This document shows positions 18,668 to 28,165 of a DNA stretch of 64,000 nucleotides, one piece after another. Below the pieces are notes generated by a model. That model had not been told where the DNA came from. It ran no database searches and saw only the letters and a program-made list of their open reading frames with translations. Both the position numbers and the translations under genes were made by a program. Positions within the stretch are counted from its first letter, which is position 1. The number at the start of each line of letters is the position of its first letter. This DNA comes from an uncultured Alphaproteobacteria bacterium (GTDB lineage Bacteria; Pseudomonadota; Alphaproteobacteria; RF32; CAG-239), in NCBI GenBank assembly GCA_944393695.1, contig CALYAY010000005.1, positions 33,717-97,716 of the forward strand, read 5' to 3'.

Positions 18668-19134
18668 TATAAAGCGCTCCTTTTATTCTTGTTGTTCAGG
18701 GAAGCCATATCCAAAACGATCGGGTTCTGAGCAGCATGCGGATTTTCGGATCCGGCATAAACTCTCAGCTTGGTCATCTGCTGACGGCCCAGCGGATTAC
18801 GCGAAATCATGCGTTCAACGGCCTTTTCAATAACTCTTTCAGGAAAACGGCCTGCCAAAATCTTGCCGGCAGTTGTTTCTTTAATTCCGCCGATCCATCC
18901 GGTGTGTTTGAAATATTTCTTGTCGGTCAGTTTTTTGCCGGTCAGTTTGACTTTGTCGGCATTAATAACAACGACATAGTCACCACAATCCAGATTGGGA
19001 ACAAAGCAGGGTTTGTGTTTGCCACGGAGCAGGCTGGCAACTTTGGCGGCCAGACGTCCGAGCACAACGCCTTCAGCGTCAACAACATACCACTTTCTTT
19101 CAATATCTGACGGTTTTGTTGCATATGTGTTCAT
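18667..19134 (-). CDS. rplM: 50S ribosomal protein L13
   Basis: [29 protein letters not shown]... is the L13 N-terminus. Stop/start coupling with rpsI. Confidence 0.95.
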   Translation of the reverse strand: MNTYATKPSDIERKWYVVDAEGVVLGRLAAKVASLLRGKHKPCFVPNLDCGDYVVVINADKVKLTGKKLTDKKYFKHTGWIGGIKETTAGKILAGRFPERVIEKAVERMISRNPLGRQQMTKLRVYAGSENPHAAQNPIVLDMASLNNKNKRSAL

Positions 19135-19298
19135 AGTAACTCACTTCTTTGGTTAAAGGTTAAATTCGGTGTTAATATACAGAATGTTTTTTGTTTGTCA
19201 ACAATAAAAAACACTATATTTTCAATATTTTATTTTACGGTATTATTTTACCCTTTGTTATCTTGTTGATTTTTCGCGCTTTATGTGTAAGCAGCATC

Positions 19299-20123
19299 TT
19301 AGAATTCAAGGACGGGCCGGACCTCGTAGCGGTTAGGCTTATTGATGGTGTCGCTGCCGTACAACCCGTAGTCGTTGCTTAAATTCGAGTACCACGCGCT
19401 GCCGCCACGGTTCTCGGAAGACGACCAGAGGGAGGAACTTCTTCCTAACTGATCACCACCGGCCAATACAAACCCGGCATTAATCGCCGACATATTGTTT
19501 TTAATACTCGTCATAATACCGGCTGCCGGCAGACACCAATCCCCGGCATTAGTACCCTCTGTCTTATACTCATGTGCCGCCCAGGCAGCCGGATAAGTAC
19601 TCTTATTGCCAGCATTAGTAATAAGAATTGTATTGCTGCAACTCTTAACATCAGTTGCCGCCATCTCTGCACTACTCCAGTTGGTCAAAGTTGTAATATC
19701 CGTGCCGTATCCACTCCACGCATAATCTCCTATTTTTTTCAATGCCATGGCCTGACCACCGCCTGTTCCGTCAACATAAACCACCACACCAATCGGGGTT
19801 TTACCACTGATAACCTTACCATAAGAACAACTTATATCAGAATAAAAAATTGAACCTATGGCGCAATCTTTGGTATTACCACCTCCAATACCACCTTCTT
19901 CAATCACTTTTTTGATTTCCGTGATTTCGGTGGTGATTTCATTAATTTTATCTGCTAAGGTGCAGTTCCAGGCATTGCCGAAGGGACACTTAATCCCGCC
20001 TTCGCAGGATGATGAGCTTTCATAGCCCAAACTAGAACAACTCGGCGTCGGGATACATGCGGCATAAACACTTCCCGCACTTATCACCATTACCCCCACA
20101 CTCGCTAATAATATTTTCTTCAT
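19299..20123 (-). CDS. Secreted DUF1566 (Lcl-C-like) domain protein, paralog of C-terminus of 803..2788
   Basis: Signal peptide MKKILLASVGVMVISAGSVYAA. GKTPIGVVVYVD...YPAAWAAHEYKTEGTNAGDWCLPAAG shared with 803..2788. Nucleotide-level similarity is also visible. Confidence 0.7.
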   Translation of the reverse strand: MKKILLASVGVMVISAGSVYAACIPTPSCSSLGYESSSSCEGGIKCPFGNAWNCTLADKINEITTEITEIKKVIEEGGIGGGNTKDCAIGSIFYSDISCSYGKVISGKTPIGVVVYVDGTGGGQAMALKKIGDYAWSGYGTDITTLTNWSSAEMAATDVKSCSNTILITNAGNKSTYPAAWAAHEYKTEGTNAGDWCLPAAGIMTSIKNNMSAINAGFVLAGGDQLGRSSSLWSSSENRGGSAWYSNLSNDYGLYGSDTINKPNRYEVRPVLEF

Positions 20124-20139
20124 AACCTTTCTCCTTATA

Positions 20140-20410
20140 TTAGTTGTTAATAATATTTACCGTTCCCCTTTTTACCTCGCCCTTGAGGGGAGAGGTCGGA
20201 GCGTAAGCTCCGGGTGAGGGTGACAAAATAAACTGTCATCCCTCGTTCAGCGTCAGTCTGAACGTCAAGGGATCTTCCTTGCTGCTCTCTCCCCTTTTAA
20301 AAGGGGAGCCGGAGGGGTCAAATAGCGCCGCTTTATTCATCAGACTTGCATTCGCCATTCCACCCTCACCCTAACCCTCTCCCCTCAAGGGCGAGGGAAT
20401 AAAGAGCAAT
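20140..20410. repeat. REP/RPE-like palindromic mosaic repeat cluster (inverted orientation)
   Basis: Contains the reverse complement of unit 1 (gtcatccctcgttcagcg...aaaaggggagccggaggggtc) plus gggtgagggtg / ccctctcccctcaagggcgaggg palindromes. Confidence 0.8.
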
Positions 20411-20413
20411 CCC

Positions 20414-21508
20414 CTATCCGCCGCAGAAGTCACAATAATCCGCACAATTCGTCGCACAACCGGTGGCATACCATAAGCCCGAGCATTCTTCATACTGGCA
20501 TATGGTGCAGCTCGGACAGGTGGTGTATTCTCCCAAGTTCGGGCAGGCCTTACAATTGTCATACATGGTGGTTGTTCCCGACAAACAAGTCGAGGCTCCG
20601 GCTTCTCCGCCCATGGAGCCGCAGTCCATATATCCATCACACGGGTTGGGTTTTATCTTGTAATGTTCCTGACCGTCACAACCAAGGCAGCTCTCACCAT
20701 CCTGGACATAGCCGTCGGGAATACTCGTATTGTCGTATCCGGCACAAGTGTTGCAACAGGTGCCGTATAAACTGTCATAAGAACATCTGTCATCGCTTAA
20801 TTGTTGGCCGGTGCCGCATTCATCGACATAACCGGGGTTCAATTCCTGACAGGCGCGCTCAGTGTCTTTTTCACAAGAGGCATATTTCCCGTCGCAGGCC
20901 TCTCCCACGCCGTAATACGGAACTTCACAAGTGACATAATTTGAGGGACAGGAAGAAACACATTTTTCAAAATAAGTGCTGTCATAGGGGCAGGTGTTGG
21001 AAGGTTCCTGACCTTCGGGACAGGAGGTTTGGGTATATCCTTCCTGGCGGCAGCGTTCAGCATTGTCCAAATCATAATCATCGCCGTCTCCGGGACCGCC
21101 GGGAGCCCCGTGTCCGTCATCATCGGCATTATTGCCGCTAAACTCATTTCCCGAACAGGCTGAGGTATCGGTTACAAAACAGGTGGCTGCGAGTTGGGGA
21201 AGAGGGGTGTTGTGAAACCCTCCCCAGCCCCTCCCTAAGTTTTTAGGGAGGGGATAGAATAGATAGTTCCCTAAGTCTTTAGGGAGGGAATAGGATAGAT
21301 AGTTCCCTGAGTTTTCAGGGAGAGGATAAAAGGCAGAAGACAACAACATTTCTTCCGGGTGAGAGGTGTGTGTATAAGGTGTGTGGACAAATGTAACCGC
21401 CCCCGGAGTGTTGAGAGATGTTAGATTATGAATTGAAGCCAAACTGCCGCCGGGCATAAGAAACAGCCCGGAAACCGACAGCATTAATGCTTTGGATAAT
21501 TTCATCAT
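20414..21508 (-). CDS. Cysteine-rich secreted protein, paralog of N-terminal half of 803..2788
   Basis: Signal peptide. Near-identical central block (CFVTDT..CSGNEFSGNNADDD...NAERC.QEGYTQTSCPEGQEP.NTCPYDS.YFEKCVSSCPSNYVTCEVPYYGVGE.CDGKYASCEKDTERAC.ELNP). Lacks the DUF1566 domain. Confidence 0.7.
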   Translation of the reverse strand: MMKLSKALMLSVSGLFLMPGGSLASIHNLTSLNTPGAVTFVHTPYTHTSHPEEMLLSSAFYPLPENSGNYLSYSLPKDLGNYLFYPLPKNLGRGWGGFHNTPLPQLAATCFVTDTSACSGNEFSGNNADDDGHGAPGGPGDGDDYDLDNAERCRQEGYTQTSCPEGQEPSNTCPYDSTYFEKCVSSCPSNYVTCEVPYYGVGEACDGKYASCEKDTERACQELNPGYVDECGTGQQLSDDRCSYDSLYGTCCNTCAGYDNTSIPDGYVQDGESCLGCDGQEHYKIKPNPCDGYMDCGSMGGEAGASTCLSGTTTMYDNCKACPNLGEYTTCPSCTICQYEECSGLWYATGCATNCADYCDFCGG

Positions 21509-21610
21509 AATATCACCTGTCTGTTGTTGTCTTCACGAATCTTATGATAACAGATATTTTACAAATAATCAATGTGTATTTTAAATATAATGACGGGAAA
21601 TCGGACGAGG
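21509..21610 (-). promoter_or_regulatory. Conserved 5' leader/promoter region of Cys-rich paralog (copy 2)
   Basis: tgtcttcacgaatcttatgataacag and atgacgggaaatcgg blocks shared with 2789..2915. Confidence 0.35.
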
Positions 21611-22330
21611 TTTTAAAACCCCCTCTAACTCCCCCTAAAATATTAGGGGGAGGATATAAGGATACTTGATTGTCACCCTCACCCGACACGTTGTGTCGAC
21701 CTCTCCCCTTAAGGGCGAGGTGAAGAAATGGATGACTTTTTTGCCTAGATCCTCGGGTTAAACCCGAGGGTGACAGGGAAAAGGGAGGCTGAGAAAAGAT
21801 AAGGCTGATATTTGACCCCTCCGGCTCCCCTTTCTAAAGGGGAGAGGGCAATAAGGAAGATCCCTTGACGTTCAGACTGGCGCTGAACGAGGGATGACAA
21901 TTTTTATTTGTTTGAATATGAAACCCTCCCCGACCCTCCCTAAGACTTTAGGGAGGGAGATATATGAGTAGAGATTTTAGAGGGATGACATTGCCATACC
22001 CCCTCCAACTTTCTGGCTCCTACTAAGCTCACTACGTTTGCTAAGTCGCTGCGGTCACTCAGTTTGTAACGCTCATTTCGCGTTGCTGCCGCTAGCTTAT
22101 GAGCTAACAAACTCTCGCCTGTCGTTGAAAATATCTCCACAGGAGATATTTTCTGCCTCCAGCCCTATAACTATAGGGGGAGGGTGGGTTTGGGGGCAAA
22201 GGCTTTAGGGGGGGAAAGTATAAGGAAAGTTTTTTTCACCCTCACCCTGACCCTCTCCCCTCAAGGGAGAGGGAAGAATACGGGGAGGTTTTTGGGAGGG
22301 GAATATGGGGTTTAGAAAGGGTGGTAAGGA
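21540..22330. repeat. Large REP/RPE-like palindromic mosaic repeat cluster (includes composite copy B)
   Basis: Stacked palindromes: ccccctaaaatattaggggg, cctcgggttaaacccgagg, tcaccctcaccc...ctctcccc.taagggcgagg, tccctccctaagactttagggaggga. Also contains unit 1 (21816..21903) and the 120-bp unit. Confidence 0.8.
22039..22160. repeat. About 120-bp structured repeat unit, copy 2
   Basis: 3 substitutions relative to 3066..3187. Flanking 30 bp (cttctggctcc...) is also shared. Confidence 0.5.
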
Positions 22331-22475
22331 AAGAGGATGTGGTTGGGGGTGGAATTGTAGCTATTTGTGAAAAAATGGTTGTGAAAAGCTGTGAAGGTTA
22401 CAAAAAAAATTCATTTTTGCCAAAAATAAAGGGGCTTCAAAACGAAGCGCCCTTTTTACACTTTCTAAAAATTTC

Positions 22476-22922
22476 CTATTTCAAATTTTCAACTTTCCGA
22501 AGCAAATCTTCAGGAATTCGCACCGGACGTTTGCGCTTCAGACTTACATAAGCCAATTTAACGTCCAGAGTTGCCAACAATGTTTCGCCCCGGCGGATTT
22601 CCTGTTTCATTTCGGCTCCGGCACCTTTCATTTCCGTTAATTCGCAGGTCACTGTCAGCAAATCATCCAACACTGCCGGCGCTTTATATTCCACACTCAG
22701 GTTGCGTACCATAAATCCGTGCCGGTCATCTTCTTCCAGCGCCGCCTGCTGCTCCATGCCCAGCGCCCGGATAAGCTCCGTCCGCGCCCGCTCGGCAAAT
22801 TTCAGATAATTGGCATAATACACCACTCCGCCGGCATCCGTATCTTCATAATACACCCGGGCCGGAAACACAAAGACCCTGCCTTCAAAACGCCCTGCCG
22901 GCACCGCTACATCATAGTTCAT
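22476..22922 (-). CDS. ybgC: Acyl-CoA thioesterase YbgC (tol-pal-associated 4HBT family)
   Basis: [26 protein letters not shown] motif. ATG at 22922, 5 nt after the ruvB stop. Confidence 0.75.
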   Translation of the reverse strand: MNYDVAVPAGRFEGRVFVFPARVYYEDTDAGGVVYYANYLKFAERARTELIRALGMEQQAALEEDDRHGFMVRNLSVEYKAPAVLDDLLTVTCELTEMKGAGAEMKQEIRRGETLLATLDVKLAYVSLKRKRPVRIPEDLLRKVENLK

Positions 22923-23997
22923 TTTCTTCTTCCTCAATAACACTCAACAAATCGAACTGCGCCGGTTCCGGGCGGATTCCCCGTTTAATCCGGGGCTTGC
23001 CAAGATATTCGCAGCCCAAATCAGAAATCACGCGTCCCCGCGGCGTCCGCTGTAAAAAACCAAGTTTCAGCAAAAACGGCTCTATCACTTCCTCAATCGT
23101 GTCGCGTTCTTCCGAAAGCGCCGCGGCCAGCGTATCGGCTCCTACCGGCCCGCCGCCATAATTATTCAAGATACAATTCAGATAACGACGGTCAAAAGCA
23201 TCAAGTCCGTAATTATCCACATCCAGACGCCGGAGGGCTTTATCGGCAATCTTGTTATCCACCTCACCGGCTCCGGCCACTGCACCGAAATCGCGTACCC
23301 GACGCAGCAGACGCCCGGCCACACGCGGGGTTCCGCGCGAACGTTTGGCAATTTCCTTTGCTCCGTCCTCCGAAATCGGCATTCCCAGCAGGGAAGCTCC
23401 CCGGATAACTATCTGCATCAATTCTTCCGGAGAATAAAAATCAAGCCGCAACGGAATTCCGAAACGCTCGCGCAAAGGCGTGGACAGCAATCCCGAACGG
23501 GTTGTCGCGCCGACCAGCGTGAACGGCTGCAAATCAATCCGCACCGACCGGGCAGAAGGCCCCTCGCCGATAATCAAATCGAGCTGAAAATCTTCCATTG
23601 CCGAATACAAAACTTCTTCAATTGCCGGATTCAGCCGGTGAATTTCATCAATAAACAGCACATCGTTGCGTTCCAGATTAGTCAGGATGGCGGCCAGGTC
23701 GCCGGATTTGGTAATCATTGGTGCCGAGGTGGCCCGAAAGCCCACACCCAACTCTTTGGAAATAATTGAGGCCAGCGTGGTTTTGCCCAGTCCCGGCGGG
23801 CCGAACAGCAAAACATGATCCAGCGCATCTCCCCGGCTTTTGGCCGCTTCGATAAACACTTTCAGGTTTTCGCACACCTGCCGCTGTCCGACAAACTCAT
23901 CCAGCGAATTCGGACGCAGGCTCACGGGGTTGGCGCTGCCGTTTTCATCTCCGTTTTGTTTTTTGGGGCTTACAATCCGTTCATCATCATTCATCAT
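22912..23997 (-). CDS. ruvB: Holliday junction branch migration ATPase RuvB
   Basis: [13 protein letters not shown]alker A, DEIHRL Walker B, full-length AAA+ RuvB. Confidence 0.95.
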   Translation of the reverse strand: MMNDDERIVSPKKQNGDENGSANPVSLRPNSLDEFVGQRQVCENLKVFIEAAKSRGDALDHVLLFGPPGLGKTTLASIISKELGVGFRATSAPMITKSGDLAAILTNLERNDVLFIDEIHRLNPAIEEVLYSAMEDFQLDLIIGEGPSARSVRIDLQPFTLVGATTRSGLLSTPLRERFGIPLRLDFYSPEELMQIVIRGASLLGMPISEDGAKEIAKRSRGTPRVAGRLLRRVRDFGAVAGAGEVDNKIADKALRRLDVDNYGLDAFDRRYLNCILNNYGGGPVGADTLAAALSEERDTIEEVIEPFLLKLGFLQRTPRGRVISDLGCEYLGKPRIKRGIRPEPAQFDLLSVIEEEENEL

Positions 23998-24672
23998 TTA
24001 GATTTCTTTCGTCGCAAATTCTTTCAGCGCCAGCCGGATTAATTCCGGGACCCCGACATCGGGATTGTTTTTAAGCGCCAGGTTGACCGCCCGGTAAGCT
24101 TCAATCCGCTGATATCCCAGGTTTACCAAGGCCGAAATCGCATCATCGGTTTTGGAGCTGTCTTCATCGGCCTGCAGCTCGACCACGGCATCTTCATAGG
24201 CTTCTGTTTCTGTTCCGGCAGTCCCTTCAGTCACATTGTTCAGATCTGCTTTCACGCTTGCCTCCATCGGAATGGTTACAATCTTATCTTTTAACTCAGT
24301 CACAATACGCGCGGCCAGTTTCGGCCCCACACCGGCGGCACGGGTAAATGAGGCTTTGTCCTGCGCCGATACGGCCTGGGCCAGCTGATTGGGTGATAAT
24401 ACCGATAAAATAGCCAGACATACTTTGGCGCCCACGCCCTGCACTTTTGTCAGGGTCAGAAACCATTCTTTTTCCCAGGCATCGGAAAAACCAAAAAGCG
24501 AGATGCTGTCTTCCCGGACAATGGTTTCAATCAGCAATACGGCCGTTCCTCCCCGGTTCAGGCGCGATAATGTCTTGGCCGACGCAGAGACCAGATAGCC
24601 GACGCCGTTTACATCCAGAATACAGTAATCTTCGCCTATCGTATCGACAATCCCGCGCAATTTTGCAATCAT
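23998..24672 (-). CDS. ruvA: Holliday junction DNA helicase RuvA
   Basis: MIAKLRGIVD...GVGYLV N-terminal OB fold, HhH region, C-terminal domain. Abuts ruvB. Confidence 0.9.
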   Translation of the reverse strand: MIAKLRGIVDTIGEDYCILDVNGVGYLVSASAKTLSRLNRGGTAVLLIETIVREDSISLFGFSDAWEKEWFLTLTKVQGVGAKVCLAILSVLSPNQLAQAVSAQDKASFTRAAGVGPKLAARIVTELKDKIVTIPMEASVKADLNNVTEGTAGTETEAYEDAVVELQADEDSSKTDDAISALVNLGYQRIEAYRAVNLALKNNPDVGVPELIRLALKEFATKEI

Positions 24673-24835
24673 TTTTCCTACCTTAGTTTTTCTTTTGCCG
24701 GTTTCAGCCTACACAAAACTCCTTCCGACTGCAAGCTCTTTTTGCCTTTAAGAACGAAAAAAGAACAATTAATAAAAAACAAACCCCGTTTGCGGCGCGG
24801 TTTGTCCGGTTTTACATTTTGGAACAATTACTGCT

Positions 24836-25708
24836 TCAGGATAAATCCATGACCGCTTTTTGCAGTTTGCGGATTGAATTGAGCTCAATCTGCCGGACAC
24901 GTTCTTTGGAAATGTTATATACCCGGCTGAGGTCGTCAAGGGTCATGACGTTTTCAGTCAGGCGTCTTTTGCAGAGGATGTCTTTTTCGCGCTCGTTTAA
25001 ACAGCTGAGAGCCTGTTTGAATAATTTTCTGCGGTAACAATATACCTCGCTGCTGGCAAAGATTTCTTCCTGGTTGGGCTTTTTGTCGGCAATAAAATCC
25101 ATCCATTCGCTGCCGGTTTCGGAAGAAGAGTCAATCGTGGCATTGAGAGAGCCGTCATGAGCGGACAAACGACTGTTCATATCCGTGACATCCTGAATGC
25201 TGACATCAAGAGAATCGGCTATCAGGGCCAAAACAGGCGAAGACATTTCCCGGTCTTCGACCAAGTTCAGTTTATTTTTGACTTTACGCAGATTAAAAAA
25301 CAATTTTTTCTGAGCGGCGGTGGTGCCGATTTTTACCAGTGACCAGGAATTGAGAATATACTTTTGAACAGAAGCTTTAATCCACCATAGAGCATAGGTT
25401 GAAAAACGAAAACCTTTGTCCGGATCAAATTTATCTATGGCATAAAGCAAACCGATATTGCCCTCCGATATCATTTCTCCAACCGGAAGGCCGTATCCGC
25501 GATATTTGGAAACAACTTTAACAACAAGACGCAAGTGGGAAGTTATCAGTTTGTAGGCTATTTTTTCATCCCGGGTTTCAATATATGCCTTTGCCAGCAG
25601 AAATTCTTCCTCTTGATCCAGGATGGGGTATTTTCGGATGTTTTGCAAATATCTCGCCAAGTTAAGCTCTGGCGAAAAGTCAAGTCCATTAAGAGTCCAA
25701 GTATTCAT
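24836..25708 (-). CDS. rpoH: RNA polymerase sigma-32 factor RpoH
   Basis: Sigma-70 regions 2-4 plus the RpoH box (QKKLFFNLRK). Confidence 0.9.
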   Translation of the reverse strand: MNTWTLNGLDFSPELNLARYLQNIRKYPILDQEEEFLLAKAYIETRDEKIAYKLITSHLRLVVKVVSKYRGYGLPVGEMISEGNIGLLYAIDKFDPDKGFRFSTYALWWIKASVQKYILNSWSLVKIGTTAAQKKLFFNLRKVKNKLNLVEDREMSSPVLALIADSLDVSIQDVTDMNSRLSAHDGSLNATIDSSSETGSEWMDFIADKKPNQEEIFASSEVYCYRRKLFKQALSCLNEREKDILCKRRLTENVMTLDDLSRVYNISKERVRQIELNSIRKLQKAVMDLS

Positions 25709-25802
25709 TGGCTTAATCTCCCTTAACAGAACCGGATATTATCATATAAGAATAAAATAATTACGCAATATAAACTTTAGTTGTAGCTAATAAAAATTTT
25801 GC

Positions 25803-26786
25803 TTATTTAGATTTCAGCGCGGAAATCAGGGCCTGCATGTCTTGTGGAAAACCGCTTTCAAAATGCAATAAGGCGCCGCTGAGCGGATGGATGAAGCCCA
25901 GAGTGGCGGCATGAAGCGCCTGACGGGGAAAATCATTGACCAGCGTTTTGAGCGCAGAAGGCAGCACGACCGAGCTTTTGCCGCTTTTGGTATAAAGCTG
26001 ATCACCAACAAGGGCATTTCCCCGTGAAGAAAGATGAACCCTTATCTGGTGAGTGCGTCCGGTTTCCAGCCGGCATTGCACCAGAGATACGGCATTGTGA
26101 AAAACTTCCAGCGTCTGATAATTGGTGACGGCTCTTTTTCCGCCGCGCTCAACCACCGCCATTTTTTTGCGGTTAAAGGGACTGCGGCCGATGAGCGTTT
26201 CCATGCGGCCGGATAAAGGCGCAGGAACGCCGTAAACCACGGCAAAGTAAGTGCGTTCGACGGAATGTTCGGCAAACTGGGCGCTGAGGCCGCGATGCGC
26301 CGCATCGTTTTTGGCCACGACGAGAAGACCGCTGGTGTCTTTGTCAATCCGATGGACAATGCCCGGGCGCAAAACGCCGCCAATGCCGGACAGACTGTCG
26401 CGGCAATGGTACAACAAAGCATTAACCAAAGTTCCGTCCCAGGCTCCGGCCGCGGGATGAACCGTCATGCCGGCCGGTTTATCGACAACCAGGATATCCG
26501 CATCTTCGTAAACAATGTTTAAGGGAATGTTTTCCGGACGGGGGACGGCCTCAACCGCCGGCGGAATCTCCAGAGTAAAAGAATCTCCAGGCCGAATCCG
26601 GAAAGAATTATCCAGAGCAAGGTCATCATCGGCAGAAACACAGCCGGATTTGACAAGCTGCTGAATCCGGGAACGGGAAAATTCAGGAAAACAGCCGGAC
26701 AAAAAACGATCAAGCCGCATTCCCCGGTCGGAATCGGCTGCCGGCGGACTGATTAAGATGTTGTTTTTGAGGTTATCCATTGGCAA
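25803..26786 (-). CDS. rluD: 23S rRNA pseudouridine synthase RluD
   Basis: S4 domain (RLDRFL), catalytic HRIDKDTSGLLVVAK motif. rluD-rpoH synteny. Confidence 0.85.
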   Translation of the reverse strand: MPMDNLKNNILISPPAADSDRGMRLDRFLSGCFPEFSRSRIQQLVKSGCVSADDDLALDNSFRIRPGDSFTLEIPPAVEAVPRPENIPLNIVYEDADILVVDKPAGMTVHPAAGAWDGTLVNALLYHCRDSLSGIGGVLRPGIVHRIDKDTSGLLVVAKNDAAHRGLSAQFAEHSVERTYFAVVYGVPAPLSGRMETLIGRSPFNRKKMAVVERGGKRAVTNYQTLEVFHNAVSLVQCRLETGRTHQIRVHLSSRGNALVGDQLYTKSGKSSVVLPSALKTLVNDFPRQALHAATLGFIHPLSGALLHFESGFPQDMQALISALKSK

Positions 26787-26860
26787 AACCGAAAATTTGT
26801 TATAAAATTAACTTTAATTCAGTAAATACATGTTATTGATTTTTTTGCAAGGGAAATGAT

Positions 26861-27148
26861 ATGAACAAGCTGAAATTGATAAAAACCATTGTGGTGGTGC
26901 TGACTTTTTTGCTGGTGTTCGGCAGCCTTATGGCACTGACCGCGATTTACCGTCAGATTAAAAGCAGCAAACAACCGGAACCAACAGGAATATCCGACCT
27001 GAACGAACCGCAGGGAAGCCGCATTAACTCTATGTTAGAATATAAGGGCTATTTATATATTCTGGTAAAAGACGGCGGGGAAAGCGACCGGATTGTGGTG
27101 TTTGACACGCAAAAGGGACAGCCGGTCTCAAAAATCAAACTCAACTGA
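26861..27148 (+). CDS. Small membrane-anchored protein (95 aa)
   Basis: Single N-terminal TM segment (IVVVLTFLLVFGSLMALTAIY). Precedes the 27163 operon by 14 nt. Confidence 0.5.
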   Translation: MNKLKLIKTIVVVLTFLLVFGSLMALTAIYRQIKSSKQPEPTGISDLNEPQGSRINSMLEYKGYLYILVKDGGESDRIVVFDTQKGQPVSKIKLN

Positions 27149-27162
27149 AGAGGAAAACACTC

Positions 27163-28086
27163 ATGGCAGAAGAATTGGAAACAAAAGAAAATGACGACGA
27201 AGTTTTTGAAAAACTGCTGAATGAGTTTATTACAACGCAGCTGAAAGATGTGGACGACGTTGAAAAGAGTCAGCCGGAACCCCAACCACGGCAAGAAGAA
27301 GACGTGAGCATTTTTGCCAATCATGACGAGCAAAAAGCCGCCGATGACGAATGGGAAGGGGATGAGGAAGAGGAGGAAGAAGACAATCCGGAACTGGCCA
27401 TGCTGAAAAGCAATGAAAAAGCTTTATATAAAGCTTATGCCAATTTTCAGGAAGCTATCGACATGCTGGCAGAGGAAATCAAGGCCAAACCGGTAAAATT
27501 CAAAATTGTTCCGCAGTCTTTGTATCCGAACTATAAGCCCAGCACCGGTAAAATGATTGCCGAAGATATTTCGTCCGGCTGGGAGCTGCTGATTAAGGCC
27601 GAACCGGAAATGGTGGGAAGAATCTCGCCCAACGGCAGCGACGAAGAACTGCTGGCTTTTGCCGAAGAAAGCGAAAATGACGCCGTGCAATTTGCCTTAA
27701 TCTCATATGTGGAAATCCTGATTGAAATGGAAGGCTGCGAAATCGTTTATAAAGAGCGCCTGCTGAAATATGAGCAAAAACGCCTGGAAAGAGAAATTTA
27801 TGAAGAACATGAAAAAAGAATCAGGCGCATTAACCGCTATATTGAAGCCATCAAAGCCAAAAAATTTCCGGTGGATGCGGAAAAACTGGTGAAAAATTAT
27901 TTCAAAACCGCGGCCAAAGACGCCGAAGGGGCGTTTCAGGTGCTGACGCATAATCCGGCCATATTCTCACCGATAGAATTCAGCAAAATCAAGCCCCGGC
28001 TGTTCGGACTGCTGAAAGTCAAGCCCAGCGACGGCATTCGTATTAATCATTCCCTGGGAGAATTTTTGCGGAAATTAAAGGTTTAG
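27163..28086 (+). CDS. Acidic hypothetical protein (307 aa, Glu/Asp-rich, poly-E tract)
   Basis: EDVSIFANHDEQKAADDEWEGDEEEEEEDNPE. Predicted coiled-coil C-terminal half. RBS gaggaaaacactcATG. Confidence 0.6.
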   Translation: MAEELETKENDDEVFEKLLNEFITTQLKDVDDVEKSQPEPQPRQEEDVSIFANHDEQKAADDEWEGDEEEEEEDNPELAMLKSNEKALYKAYANFQEAIDMLAEEIKAKPVKFKIVPQSLYPNYKPSTGKMIAEDISSGWELLIKAEPEMVGRISPNGSDEELLAFAEESENDAVQFALISYVEILIEMEGCEIVYKERLLKYEQKRLEREIYEEHEKRIRRINRYIEAIKAKKFPVDAEKLVKNYFKTAAKDAEGAFQVLTHNPAIFSPIEFSKIKPRLFGLLKVKPSDGIRINHSLGEFLRKLKV

Positions 28087-28165
28087 ATATTTTTAGAAAA
28101 ATATGGACAAAATATGTTTTTAATGATAGAATGAGTTAAACAGCAAAAAACCGGCAGGTGGAAAG

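Noticed and set aside
20371-20640. ORF 20371..20640 (-) and 20572..20934 (+) overlapping 20414..21508
   Set aside because: Alternative frames of the Cys-rich gene. Compositions are Arg/His-rich artefacts.
21540-22330. Considered whether the repeat clusters are CRISPR arrays
   Set aside because: No regularly spaced identical direct repeats with unique spacers. The clusters are heterogeneous palindromic modules in both orientations, and no cas genes are present.
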